A stretch of DNA of 44,140 nucleotides from Promethearchaeota archaeon. GTDB lineage: Archaea > Asgardarchaeota > Lokiarchaeia > Sigyniarchaeales > SOKP01. Where the stretch lies: NCBI GenBank assembly GCA_016840085.1, contig JAEOTA010000067.1:1-44140 (forward strand), written 5' to 3'. Made by a program: the position numbers and the translations under genes. The first letter of the stretch is position 1. The number at the start of each line of letters is the position of its first letter. Below the pieces are notes generated by a model that worked only from the letters and a program-made list of their open reading frames with translations, did no database searches and was not told the DNA's origin. Positions 37,091-44,140 of this stretch are shown piece by piece.

Positions 37091-37798
37091 TCATTTCAAG
37101 ATAAAATACATTCTTCGATTATTTTTTCCTTTATTTACTGTTTTAGTTACTTCTATTTTACCAATCTCGTTTAGGTGGTTAATATGAGTTCCACCATCCA
37201 CCTGTTCATCAATATCTCCTATTTTGACAATACGAAATTCTTTAATATTTTCAGGTAATCCTGCCGCTAAGCGAGCTAATTCAGGTTTTCCTAAAACTTC
37301 TTCTTTTGACATATAATCAATTGTAATAGGTAAATCTTGTTCTATAATTCTATTAGCTTCATCTACATAAGATCGTAATTTTTCTGGAGAATAATCGATC
37401 ATTGAAAAATCCATTCTCGTTTTATCAAGTTCAATTTGGTTGCCAGTAATTTTTGCGTTAGCTCTTTTATAAAGAATATTTGATATAAGATGGGAAGCTG
37501 TATGATAACGCATATAAGTATATCTTCTTTCCCAATTAAGTTCACAAGATACCTCATCTCCTTCTTTTAATCCAGCCTTATCGATTTCGTGGCTAATCCT
37601 ACCTGCGAATTTACCAACATACACAACTTTGAATTTCTCATCATCTTTAATTATATATCCTTCGTCCCAAGGTTGACCGCCTCCTTTAGGATAAAAAGCA
37701 GTTTTATCAAGGATAATATACTTACCATCTTTAACACTTGAAACTTTAGCTTTCCAAGTCTTTAAATAGCTATCATCCATATATAATGCTCTTACCAT
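37091..37798 (-). CDS. alaXM: Alanyl-tRNA editing protein AlaX-M
   Basis: LYMDDSYL, TAFYPKGGGQPWDEG, MRYHTASH, ITGNQI, VDGGTH, NKGKNNRRMY; GGAG upstream context. Confidence 0.9.
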   Translation of the reverse strand: MVRALYMDDSYLKTWKAKVSSVKDGKYIILDKTAFYPKGGGQPWDEGYIIKDDEKFKVVYVGKFAGRISHEIDKAGLKEGDEVSCELNWERRYTYMRYHTASHLISNILYKRANAKITGNQIELDKTRMDFSMIDYSPEKLRSYVDEANRIIEQDLPITIDYMSKEEVLGKPELARLAAGLPENIKEFRIVKIGDIDEQVDGGTHINHLNEIGKIEVTKTVNKGKNNRRMYFILK

Positions 37799-37836
37799 AA
37801 GGAGTAAAAAGGTAAGTAAACTTAAAATTTTAACTT

Positions 37837-37989
37837 TTAATCGTTTTCATGAATTTCAGAAGGTTTTACGCCATCAAATAATTCTAATTTCAAGAACTTT
37901 AAGGTTTTTTTACATTGAGGGCAGTAATAATATCCTTGCTCTTTATTTTCAAAAGAAAAGCCACATTCTTTACAAACTGCGTAAAACAT
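37837..37989 (-). CDS. 50-aa zinc-ribbon microprotein, copy 2 (not in the ORF track)
   Basis: MFYAVCKECGFSFENKEQGYYYCPQCKKTLKFLKLELFDGVKPSEIHEND*. Confidence 0.75.
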   Translation of the reverse strand: MFYAVCKECGFSFENKEQGYYYCPQCKKTLKFLKLELFDGVKPSEIHEND

Positions 37990-38016
37990 ATCAATAAAAA
38001 AAATATTATATATTAT

Positions 38017-38169
38017 TTAATTTCTTTCATGAAGATCACCCGGTTTAGCCCCACAAAAAGCTTCAAATTTAATAAATTTAACTTCTTTTTGGCACTGAGG
38101 ACAATATTGGAAGCCCGGTTCTTTACTTTCAATAGAATATCCACATTCTTTACAAATAATTACATTCAT
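38017..38169 (-). CDS. 50-aa zinc-ribbon microprotein, copy 1 (not in the ORF track)
   Basis: MNVIICKECGYSIESKEPGFQYCPQCQKEVKFIKFEAFCGAKPGDLHERN*. Confidence 0.75.
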   Translation of the reverse strand: MNVIICKECGYSIESKEPGFQYCPQCQKEVKFIKFEAFCGAKPGDLHERN

Positions 38170-38354
38170 ATTAAAATAACACTGAATTGGATTTTTATAA
38201 GTTATTTCTATGAATTAGAAAACTGTTTGATTTTATTAATATCTTTAATAAGTTTTTCTTAAAGATAATAAATAAATTAGAAGTTTTGTATAATTATTTA
38301 TATTGAATAATCGATAGTTATTATTATTTAAAAATCTTTTAAATTGTGAATTCT

Positions 38355-39392
38355 ATGAAATCTGTGGAATTAGCAGGGATTAAATATGAAGTAGAAAATG
38401 GTTTTCTTGATTTAGGTCTGTTAGACATAAAGGATATTAATGAAATAATAGGTTTATCAAATATTAAAGACCTTAAAAACTTAGAACTCAGTTCAAATGA
38501 AATTGTCGAGATAAAAGGTTTAGAAGATCTTACAGAATTAGAAATCCTCAATCTAGGCAGTAATAGCATAATTGAAATAAAAGGATTGGATTCTCTAAAA
38601 AAATTGGAAGTTTTACATTTAATCAGCAATCAAATAAAAGTGATTAAAGGATTAGAAAATTTAACTAACTTAAAAGAATTATATCTTAGAGGAAATCAAA
38701 TAAAAGAGATAAAAGGGTTAGAAAACCTTAATTCTCTTGAACGATTAGATTTATCTTGGAATGAGATTTCAGAGATTAAGGGGCTTGAGAATCTAGTAAA
38801 TCTTAAAGTTCTATGGATCGCTAGTAATCAAATACTAGATATTAAAAATTTAGAACAGTTAGAGAACCTAGAAGTATTAAATCTTGCTGCTAATCAAATA
38901 TCAAAGGAAAAAGGGCTAGAAAATCTTAAAAACTTAAAGAGTCTTTACCTAAATAATAATTTAATCCAGGAAGTAAAAAATTTAGACTCTCTAAAAAACT
39001 TAGAAACGTTATGGCTAAATACAAATCATATTTCAGATATTAAAGGATTAGAAAATTGTGTAAAATTAAAAATTCTAAACTTAAAACAAAATAATATTAG
39101 TCATATTAAAGGATTATATTCTTTAACAGAATTAGAAAATCTGTTTCTTTCTGAAAATAATATTGGTGAAATTAAAGGTCTCGAAACCTTAACGAAATTA
39201 GAAACACTCGATTTAAATCAAAATCGTGTAATACAGGTAAAAGGTCTAGAATCACTATTAAATCTAAAAGATTTATGGCTCAAGGATAATTTAATTCCTG
39301 AAAGAATATTAGATCAGCTGGGAGGATTAGACTCCGGGGGATGTGCAAATGATCCCTTAAAATTTGTGAAATATAGCCTTGTGAACCTTTAA
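38355..39392 (+). CDS. SDS22-like leucine-rich repeat protein
   Basis: About 12-13 regular 22-aa repeats of LxxLxLxxNxIxxIKGLExLxx. Confidence 0.92.
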   Translation: MKSVELAGIKYEVENGFLDLGLLDIKDINEIIGLSNIKDLKNLELSSNEIVEIKGLEDLTELEILNLGSNSIIEIKGLDSLKKLEVLHLISNQIKVIKGLENLTNLKELYLRGNQIKEIKGLENLNSLERLDLSWNEISEIKGLENLVNLKVLWIASNQILDIKNLEQLENLEVLNLAANQISKEKGLENLKNLKSLYLNNNLIQEVKNLDSLKNLETLWLNTNHISDIKGLENCVKLKILNLKQNNISHIKGLYSLTELENLFLSENNIGEIKGLETLTKLETLDLNQNRVIQVKGLESLLNLKDLWLKDNLIPERILDQLGGLDSGGCANDPLKFVKYSLVNL

Positions 39393-39536
39393 TTCGTAAA
39401 ATTAAACTCAAAACTGTTTCTTTTTTTAAACTTTTTGAGTTTAGCTAGAAATAATTATTGTATCATTTTAATTAGGATAATATTTATATATCCGGATATA
39501 AAAAATAAGAAATATTTTAAAATTTCAGATTAGAAA

Positions 39537-40673
39537 TTATAATGAATTATATAGTGCTTCAATAGGTCTTGCACTTCGCGGATCTCCTGTGAGAGTAGAT
39601 ACCATTTTATTCATAACATAGGCAATACTTAATTTAGCATCGAGATCTATTATACTCACTGAGCCCCCCCATCCACCCCAATATAAAATACGTTGATTTG
39701 GTCCTATAGGGAGCTCCTTACTTTGGAGACCAAAACCTAAACCAAAACGTATTGGAACCATAAGAACTAAATCCGTTCCATAAGACTGTTCTTCTAAAGC
39801 TTTTTCAATAGTATCTAAGGAAAGTAAGTGTATTCCATCAAGTTCACCTCCACACGCTAATGCTGCTGTTATTCTAGCAACTGACCTAGCATTACCATGG
39901 CCGTTTGCAGCAGGAATTTCAGCAGCACGCCAGGCACGAGTTTTAGCTTCTTCCGGACTAGTTACAGCGCTAGTAAATGTTTTTACAGCAACAGAATTAG
40001 GATCAATATCTCCTAATTGACTCATGTCAATTTGGGGGGGCGGTATCAATTCACCAACTCGGAAATCAAATTCTTCTGGAAGTCCGATATGGAAGTCGGC
40101 TTTAAGAGGACCGGCCACTTCTTCCTTGAAAAATGTACCGAGAGTCTTCTCTGTTATACGACGTACTAATTCGCCCAAAAGATGACCAAAAGTTAAAGCA
40201 TGATAACCGCTTTTAGTTCCAGGTTCCCACCATGGCATCTGTGCAGCAAGCAAGTTTACAATTTTTTCCCAATCATATAGTGTTTTAACTCGAATAGGTC
40301 TATCGAAACCAGAAAGACCGGCAGTGTGACTAAGAAGATATCGAACAGGTAATTTCTCTTTACCTCCTTGAGCAAACTCTGGCCAGTATTTAGCTACGGG
40401 AGCATCGAGATCCAGAAGACCTCGATCTACGAGCATGAGAGTACATATTGCTGTCATTACTTTTGTTGTTGAATATACATTTACTATAGTGTTCTTATTC
40501 CACGGTTGTGTTTTAGCAGCATCAGAATAACCAGCCCACATATCTATAATGAACTTGCCATTTAAAGTTGCTGCAAATGAGGAACCCACTTCTAATCCCT
40601 CATCGAAATTATTTGCGAAAGCTTCTTTTACAGATTTAAATTGATCATCACAAATTCCATGAATTTCAACCAT
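39537..40673 (-). CDS. Serine hydrolase, class C beta-lactamase/EstA family (family VIII esterase)
   Basis: YSTTK (SxxK), LLSHTAGL, WWEPGTKSGYHALTFG, AEIPAANG, WGGWGGS. Confidence 0.92.
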   Translation of the reverse strand: MVEIHGICDDQFKSVKEAFANNFDEGLEVGSSFAATLNGKFIIDMWAGYSDAAKTQPWNKNTIVNVYSTTKVMTAICTLMLVDRGLLDLDAPVAKYWPEFAQGGKEKLPVRYLLSHTAGLSGFDRPIRVKTLYDWEKIVNLLAAQMPWWEPGTKSGYHALTFGHLLGELVRRITEKTLGTFFKEEVAGPLKADFHIGLPEEFDFRVGELIPPPQIDMSQLGDIDPNSVAVKTFTSAVTSPEEAKTRAWRAAEIPAANGHGNARSVARITAALACGGELDGIHLLSLDTIEKALEEQSYGTDLVLMVPIRFGLGFGLQSKELPIGPNQRILYWGGWGGSVSIIDLDAKLSIAYVMNKMVSTLTGDPRSARPIEALYNSL

Positions 40674-41034
40674 ATTTATTCACATTTAATAAAAAACTTT
40701 GAATTAAAAATTATTATTATTTTAAATTTTCCACTTAAGTATATATAAATATATTGAATTTGACCTAGTTATATGATAAGTATACAAGAAAGTTCTCTTT
40801 ATAACAGAACATTTTTAGATTGCACATATTGGGGAGGTACTGATAAAATTGTGCTACTAAGTATTGGTAAAAAACCTGCCTATCATTAAAAATATTTATA
40901 TTTTACTTTATCTTTCTGTATTCTTTAAAGACAACTTTCTTATTCTAGATTTTCTATTTTTAGAAAATTATATATTTTAAAAAATGCATTAATTAGATTA
41001 ATTTGAAATTTATATTTCAAAGAGGTAAAATACT

Positions 41035-42285
41035 ATGGAATTAAACCCATTTGATGTAGTAAAAAGACAAATCGATATAGTAGCTAAAGAAATGGGATTA
41101 GATCCCAATATAACAAAATACCTTAAGAGAGTAGAACGAGCATTAATAGTATCTATTCCTATTATTATGGATGACGGATCACTTCAAATTTTTGATGGTT
41201 ATCGGGTTCATCATTTAACAGTTCGAGGTCCTGGAAAGGGAGGCATAAGATATTCTCCAGAAGTCACATTAGATGAAGTTAAAGCTTTAGCCACTTGGAT
41301 GACCTGGAAATGTAGTCTTTTAAAATTACCCTTAGGAGGGGCGAAAGGAGGTGTTTGTGTGGATCCTAGAAAGCTATCAAGAGGTGAATTAGAACGCCTT
41401 ACTAGAAGATATACCTCTGAAATAATTAATATTATTGGTCCTGATATTGATGTTCCGGCCCCAGATGTTAATACAAATGCCCAAGTGATGGCTTGGATAA
41501 TGGATACATATAGTATGAATAAAGGGAGATCAATTCCAGGAGTTGTGACCGGAAAACCTATTGAAATAGGAGGATCTGTAGGGAGGGAATCAGCGACAGG
41601 AATGGGGCTTTTTTATGTGTTAGAAGCTATGTATGAAAAACTAAATATCATTTTAAAAACGCAAAGTATTGTTATTCAAGGGTTCGGTAATGTGGGCGGT
41701 TGGATTGCACGTATATTATATGAGCATGGTTGTAAAATATTAGCAGTTTCAGATATCTCTGGGGGAATATTTTATCCCGATGGTTTAGAGATTGATAAAT
41801 TATTAGATTGGACGCAAAAGGGTAACTATTTGAAAGATTATAGTGATAAGAGATATAAATTAATTACTAATGAAGAATTACTCACAATTGAATGTGATAT
41901 TTTAATTCCTGCTGCTCTTGAAAACCAAATAACACAAGATAATGCACATAATATTAAATCCAAAATTGTACTTGAAGGTGCTAATGGCCCAACTTCACCT
42001 AAGGCTGATAAAATACTATTTGATAAAGGGATACATGTTATTCCTGATATCCTTGCTAACGCTGGTGGAGTTTGTGTTTCATATTTTGAATATGTGCAAG
42101 ATATTAGGGCCTACTTTTGGGATATAGACCGTATTAACAGAGAATTAAAACGGATCCTTTTAGAAGCCTTTGAAGAAGTATATAAAGTTACGAAAGAGAG
42201 AAAAATTGCACTACGAACAGCTGCTTATATTATTTCTGTATCTAGGATCGCTAAAGCAATCGAATTAAGAGGATTCTTCCCTTAA
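41035..42285 (+). CDS. gdhA: Glutamate dehydrogenase (Glu/Leu/Phe/Val dehydrogenase family)
   Basis: GPGKGGIR, MTWKC, GGAKGG, DVPAPDVNT, VTGKP, QGFGNVG, EGANGP, PDILANAGGV; GAGGT RBS. Confidence 0.93.
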   Translation: MELNPFDVVKRQIDIVAKEMGLDPNITKYLKRVERALIVSIPIIMDDGSLQIFDGYRVHHLTVRGPGKGGIRYSPEVTLDEVKALATWMTWKCSLLKLPLGGAKGGVCVDPRKLSRGELERLTRRYTSEIINIIGPDIDVPAPDVNTNAQVMAWIMDTYSMNKGRSIPGVVTGKPIEIGGSVGRESATGMGLFYVLEAMYEKLNIILKTQSIVIQGFGNVGGWIARILYEHGCKILAVSDISGGIFYPDGLEIDKLLDWTQKGNYLKDYSDKRYKLITNEELLTIECDILIPAALENQITQDNAHNIKSKIVLEGANGPTSPKADKILFDKGIHVIPDILANAGGVCVSYFEYVQDIRAYFWDIDRINRELKRILLEAFEEVYKVTKERKIALRTAAYIISVSRIAKAIELRGFFP

Positions 42286-42405
42286 ATGTACATCATATTC
42301 AATAAATTAAAAAAACTTTTTAAATAATTAAACAAAATCCATATTAATTTTAATTTATAAACAATTAATATCAATTAAAAAAAACATAAGAGGTTTAACT
42401 TTAAA

Positions 42406-42783
42406 ATGATTTTTGATTGGTGGGATTTAATTTCAATGGGATTAGATTTAACTGAGCTTCTTATATTTATTTTGCTTGTTATTGTAATATCGCTAGTATT
42501 ATATACTATATTTCTAAAAATAGCTTTGGGGTTAACAAAGGCAAAACACACAGATTTCGGGGAAGTATTTGTAACTGCATTAATCTGTGCCTTAGTAGGG
42601 TGGATACCCTGTATAGGATGCATTTTAAGTTGGGTAGTTATCAATTCTCGACATGACACAGGATTTCTAATGGCTATTGTAGTCTGGCTTATTGCAATTA
42701 TAATAGGATTAGTCATTACGTTTTTTATAGTAATAGCTATTCTAGGGCTTTTTGGCTTAGTAGTAACTTTACCATGGCCTTAA
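42406..42783 (+). CDS. Small multi-TM membrane protein
   Basis: 125 aa, 3-4 hydrophobic helices, WIPCIGCI motif; GAGG upstream and poly-T after the stop. Confidence 0.7.
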   Translation: MIFDWWDLISMGLDLTELLIFILLVIVISLVLYTIFLKIALGLTKAKHTDFGEVFVTALICALVGWIPCIGCILSWVVINSRHDTGFLMAIVVWLIAIIIGLVITFFIVIAILGLFGLVVTLPWP

Positions 42784-42843
42784 ATAAAAAATTATTTTAT
42801 CTTTTTTTTCGTTTTTTATTTTATTTTTTAAATAACAAAAATA

Positions 42844-43473
42844 TTAGGATTCACTATTTCTTCTTTTTTGCAACTTAAATAAATTTGGAAGATTATTGAC
42901 CTCACAATACTCAAATAGAGCTTTAAATCCAGGGCAAATCTCCCAATCAAGTGAAAATTCACATTTTTTACATGTCCTATAAAAACTAAATGCATGATAA
43001 GCATTCACTAAAGCTAGTGCAATGCCAAATATAAGAAAAAATAATAAAAAATTAATGAAGAAATGATTCGGTAAAGTAAAAATCCCCCAAAATAAAAAAG
43101 CTCCTCCAAGATTAAACAAAATTTTTTGAATAATTTTTATTACCTTGAACTTAGTGAATTTAAGAGGGCTAAGAATGAAAGTGGACATTAATATTATGCC
43201 TGTGGTAAAAAGAAGGGTAGATTCCATAATATTTATTAAATTTAAGAAAAAAATCATAAGCACTCCAATGATTGCTACAGGATATCCTATAAAACATCCA
43301 ATACAAAAGTTATATTTGCCAATTTTAAAAGTATGTTCCTTAAATTTGTCACAATTAGGGTGATGACTTAAAATAATTGGCTTAAGACTTCTTATATATA
43401 AAATAAGTTTTCTTATTATTCCATCTTGTCTATTTTTTTCATTTTCAGTAGAATTTGAATTTAGTTTTGGCAA
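42844..43473 (-). CDS. Cys/His-containing four-TM membrane protein (DUF2085-like N-terminal motif)
   Basis: SHHPNC..F..HTFKIG..FCIGC..GY, four TMs, C-terminal CKKC..W..CPGF. Confidence 0.6.
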   Translation of the reverse strand: MPKLNSNSTENEKNRQDGIIRKLILYIRSLKPIILSHHPNCDKFKEHTFKIGKYNFCIGCFIGYPVAIIGVLMIFFLNLINIMESTLLFTTGIILMSTFILSPLKFTKFKVIKIIQKILFNLGGAFLFWGIFTLPNHFFINFLLFFLIFGIALALVNAYHAFSFYRTCKKCEFSLDWEICPGFKALFEYCEVNNLPNLFKLQKRRNSES

Positions 43474-43475
43474 TT

Positions 43476-43910
43476 TTATTCTTCAACCATTTTTCTAAAT
43501 AATTCCATTACCATACCTAAAAATTCTCCATATGCAATAGCATCTTGGAGATTACCTTCAATTTTTAGATCACCTGACATATAGGCACTTGTTCCATCAA
43601 TTTCTCCTGATAAAAGCCCTCCTAATGTTTCTTGGTTAGCAATCATTGAAAATGTAGCCTCATCAACTACTCCTTTACCATAATCAAATATACCCTCACC
43701 TAATTTTAGCCAGTATTTGAAATCTTCGTCAACTACATCAAACTGTGCGATTATTAAATCCATATCCTCTAATTCTTCTTTAGATTCTTTATTAGTCGCT
43801 ATAAACTGCTTTATAAGTTCAAAAACTTTAAAGGCATTTTCAGGCTTTTCTGCAACAACACCAGTTTCATACATTTCCCTTACTTCATTAATTAGTGTTG
43901 CATCAACCAT
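43476..43910 (-). CDS. SCP2 sterol/lipid-binding domain protein
   Basis: YWLKLGEG..GKG..ATFSM..LLSGEIDGTSAYMSGDLKIEGNLQDAI. Confidence 0.88.
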   Translation of the reverse strand: MVDATLINEVREMYETGVVAEKPENAFKVFELIKQFIATNKESKEELEDMDLIIAQFDVVDEDFKYWLKLGEGIFDYGKGVVDEATFSMIANQETLGGLLSGEIDGTSAYMSGDLKIEGNLQDAIAYGEFLGMVMELFRKMVEE

Positions 43911-44140
43911 TTTTATTTTAATCCTTTTTAGAGGTTTAAACTGTTTTTGATTTATAGGGCTTAATTAGTACTTAATTATAACGTTTAGAAATATTAAAAG
44001 GTTTTAATATTCAAAAAAAACTTAAATGTTAATCCATACTCACCCGACAAAATTGATTAGACGATTCAAGAGCAACAGAAAGATTTATCTTTGTGAAATC
44101 CTTATTTTATTTAATGCCCGCAAAACCTTCCGAAATTTTA

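Larger units (their letters stand above)
37831..38170. repeat. Diverged tandem duplication with a 180-bp period
   Basis: ccacattctttacaaa occurs at 37961 and 38141; start and stop codons of the two ORFs are offset by exactly 180 nt. Confidence 0.8.

Noticed and set aside
37915-38262. 115-aa plus-strand ORF in the track
   Set aside because: It is the antisense shadow of the two zinc-ribbon microproteins; F/I/K-rich with no motif
38480-39290. 66-bp periodic nucleotide repeats as a possible CRISPR array
   Set aside because: They are degenerate codon-level repeats of the LRR protein, with no identical repeats or unique spacers and no cas genes
39537-40673. Antibiotic-resistance beta-lactamase
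   Set aside because: The LLSHxxGL and WGG motifs point to a family VIII esterase rather than AmpC (no KTG)
40773-40889. 38-aa ORF containing YWGG, reminiscent of the neighbouring esterase C-terminus
   Set aside because: Only four residues match, there is no RBS, and chance is a sufficient explanation
436-43950. Short antisense or overlapping ORFs in the track (e.g. 436, 2449, 2878, 3401, 4491, 9168, 24266, 36283, 38339, 42375, 43717)
   Set aside because: They lie within or opposite well-supported genes and have shadow-like composition
44030-44140. Possible minus-strand gene 3' end (KISEGFAGIK*, stop 44107-44109) and a possible SECIS-like 3' element
   Set aside because: Truncated by the window edge; no convincing stem or AUGA/GA core, and no in-frame TGA selenoprotein was seen

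Overview
A strongly AT-rich, gene-dense prokaryotic window. It is most likely from a Lokiarchaeia (Promethearchaeota, Asgard) genome, inferred from the archaeal-type MtaB, HdrB and AlaX genes, poly-T terminators, TTTAAATA TATA boxes, roadblock, SDS22-LRR, SCP2 and PCI-domain proteins, and Loki-style surface proteins. Housekeeping and metabolic genes include an ArsB/NhaD-type transporter, hdrB, an M29 aminopeptidase, two AlaX editors, a haloalkane dehalogenase, a tautomerase, mtaB, a class II RNR with an HNH intein at its catalytic Cys, a nitrilase-family amidase, heliorhodopsin, a Zn-ADH, a serine hydrolase and gdhA. Three things stand out. (1) A single-pass receptor-like protein (Venus-flytrap solute-binding domain + FN3 + beta-helix + TM + PCI + TIR with its catalytic Glu) sits next to a paralog with the same ectodomain but no cytoplasmic part. 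(2) Three clusters (six genes, eight repeat units) encode membrane-bound left-handed beta-helix proteins of three types (A/B/C), resembling a stand-alone, split version of the C1-C3 terminal module of poly-amino-acid synthetases (Pls). (3) Several eukaryote-like membrane-biology candidates are present: LITAF-like, Tubby/LURP-like, a BAR-like coiled-coil pair and a roadblock-coiled coil. Three small ORFs missing from the ORF track were also found. No rRNA, tRNA, CRISPR array or IS element was seen. All family calls are by motif recognition, not database search.
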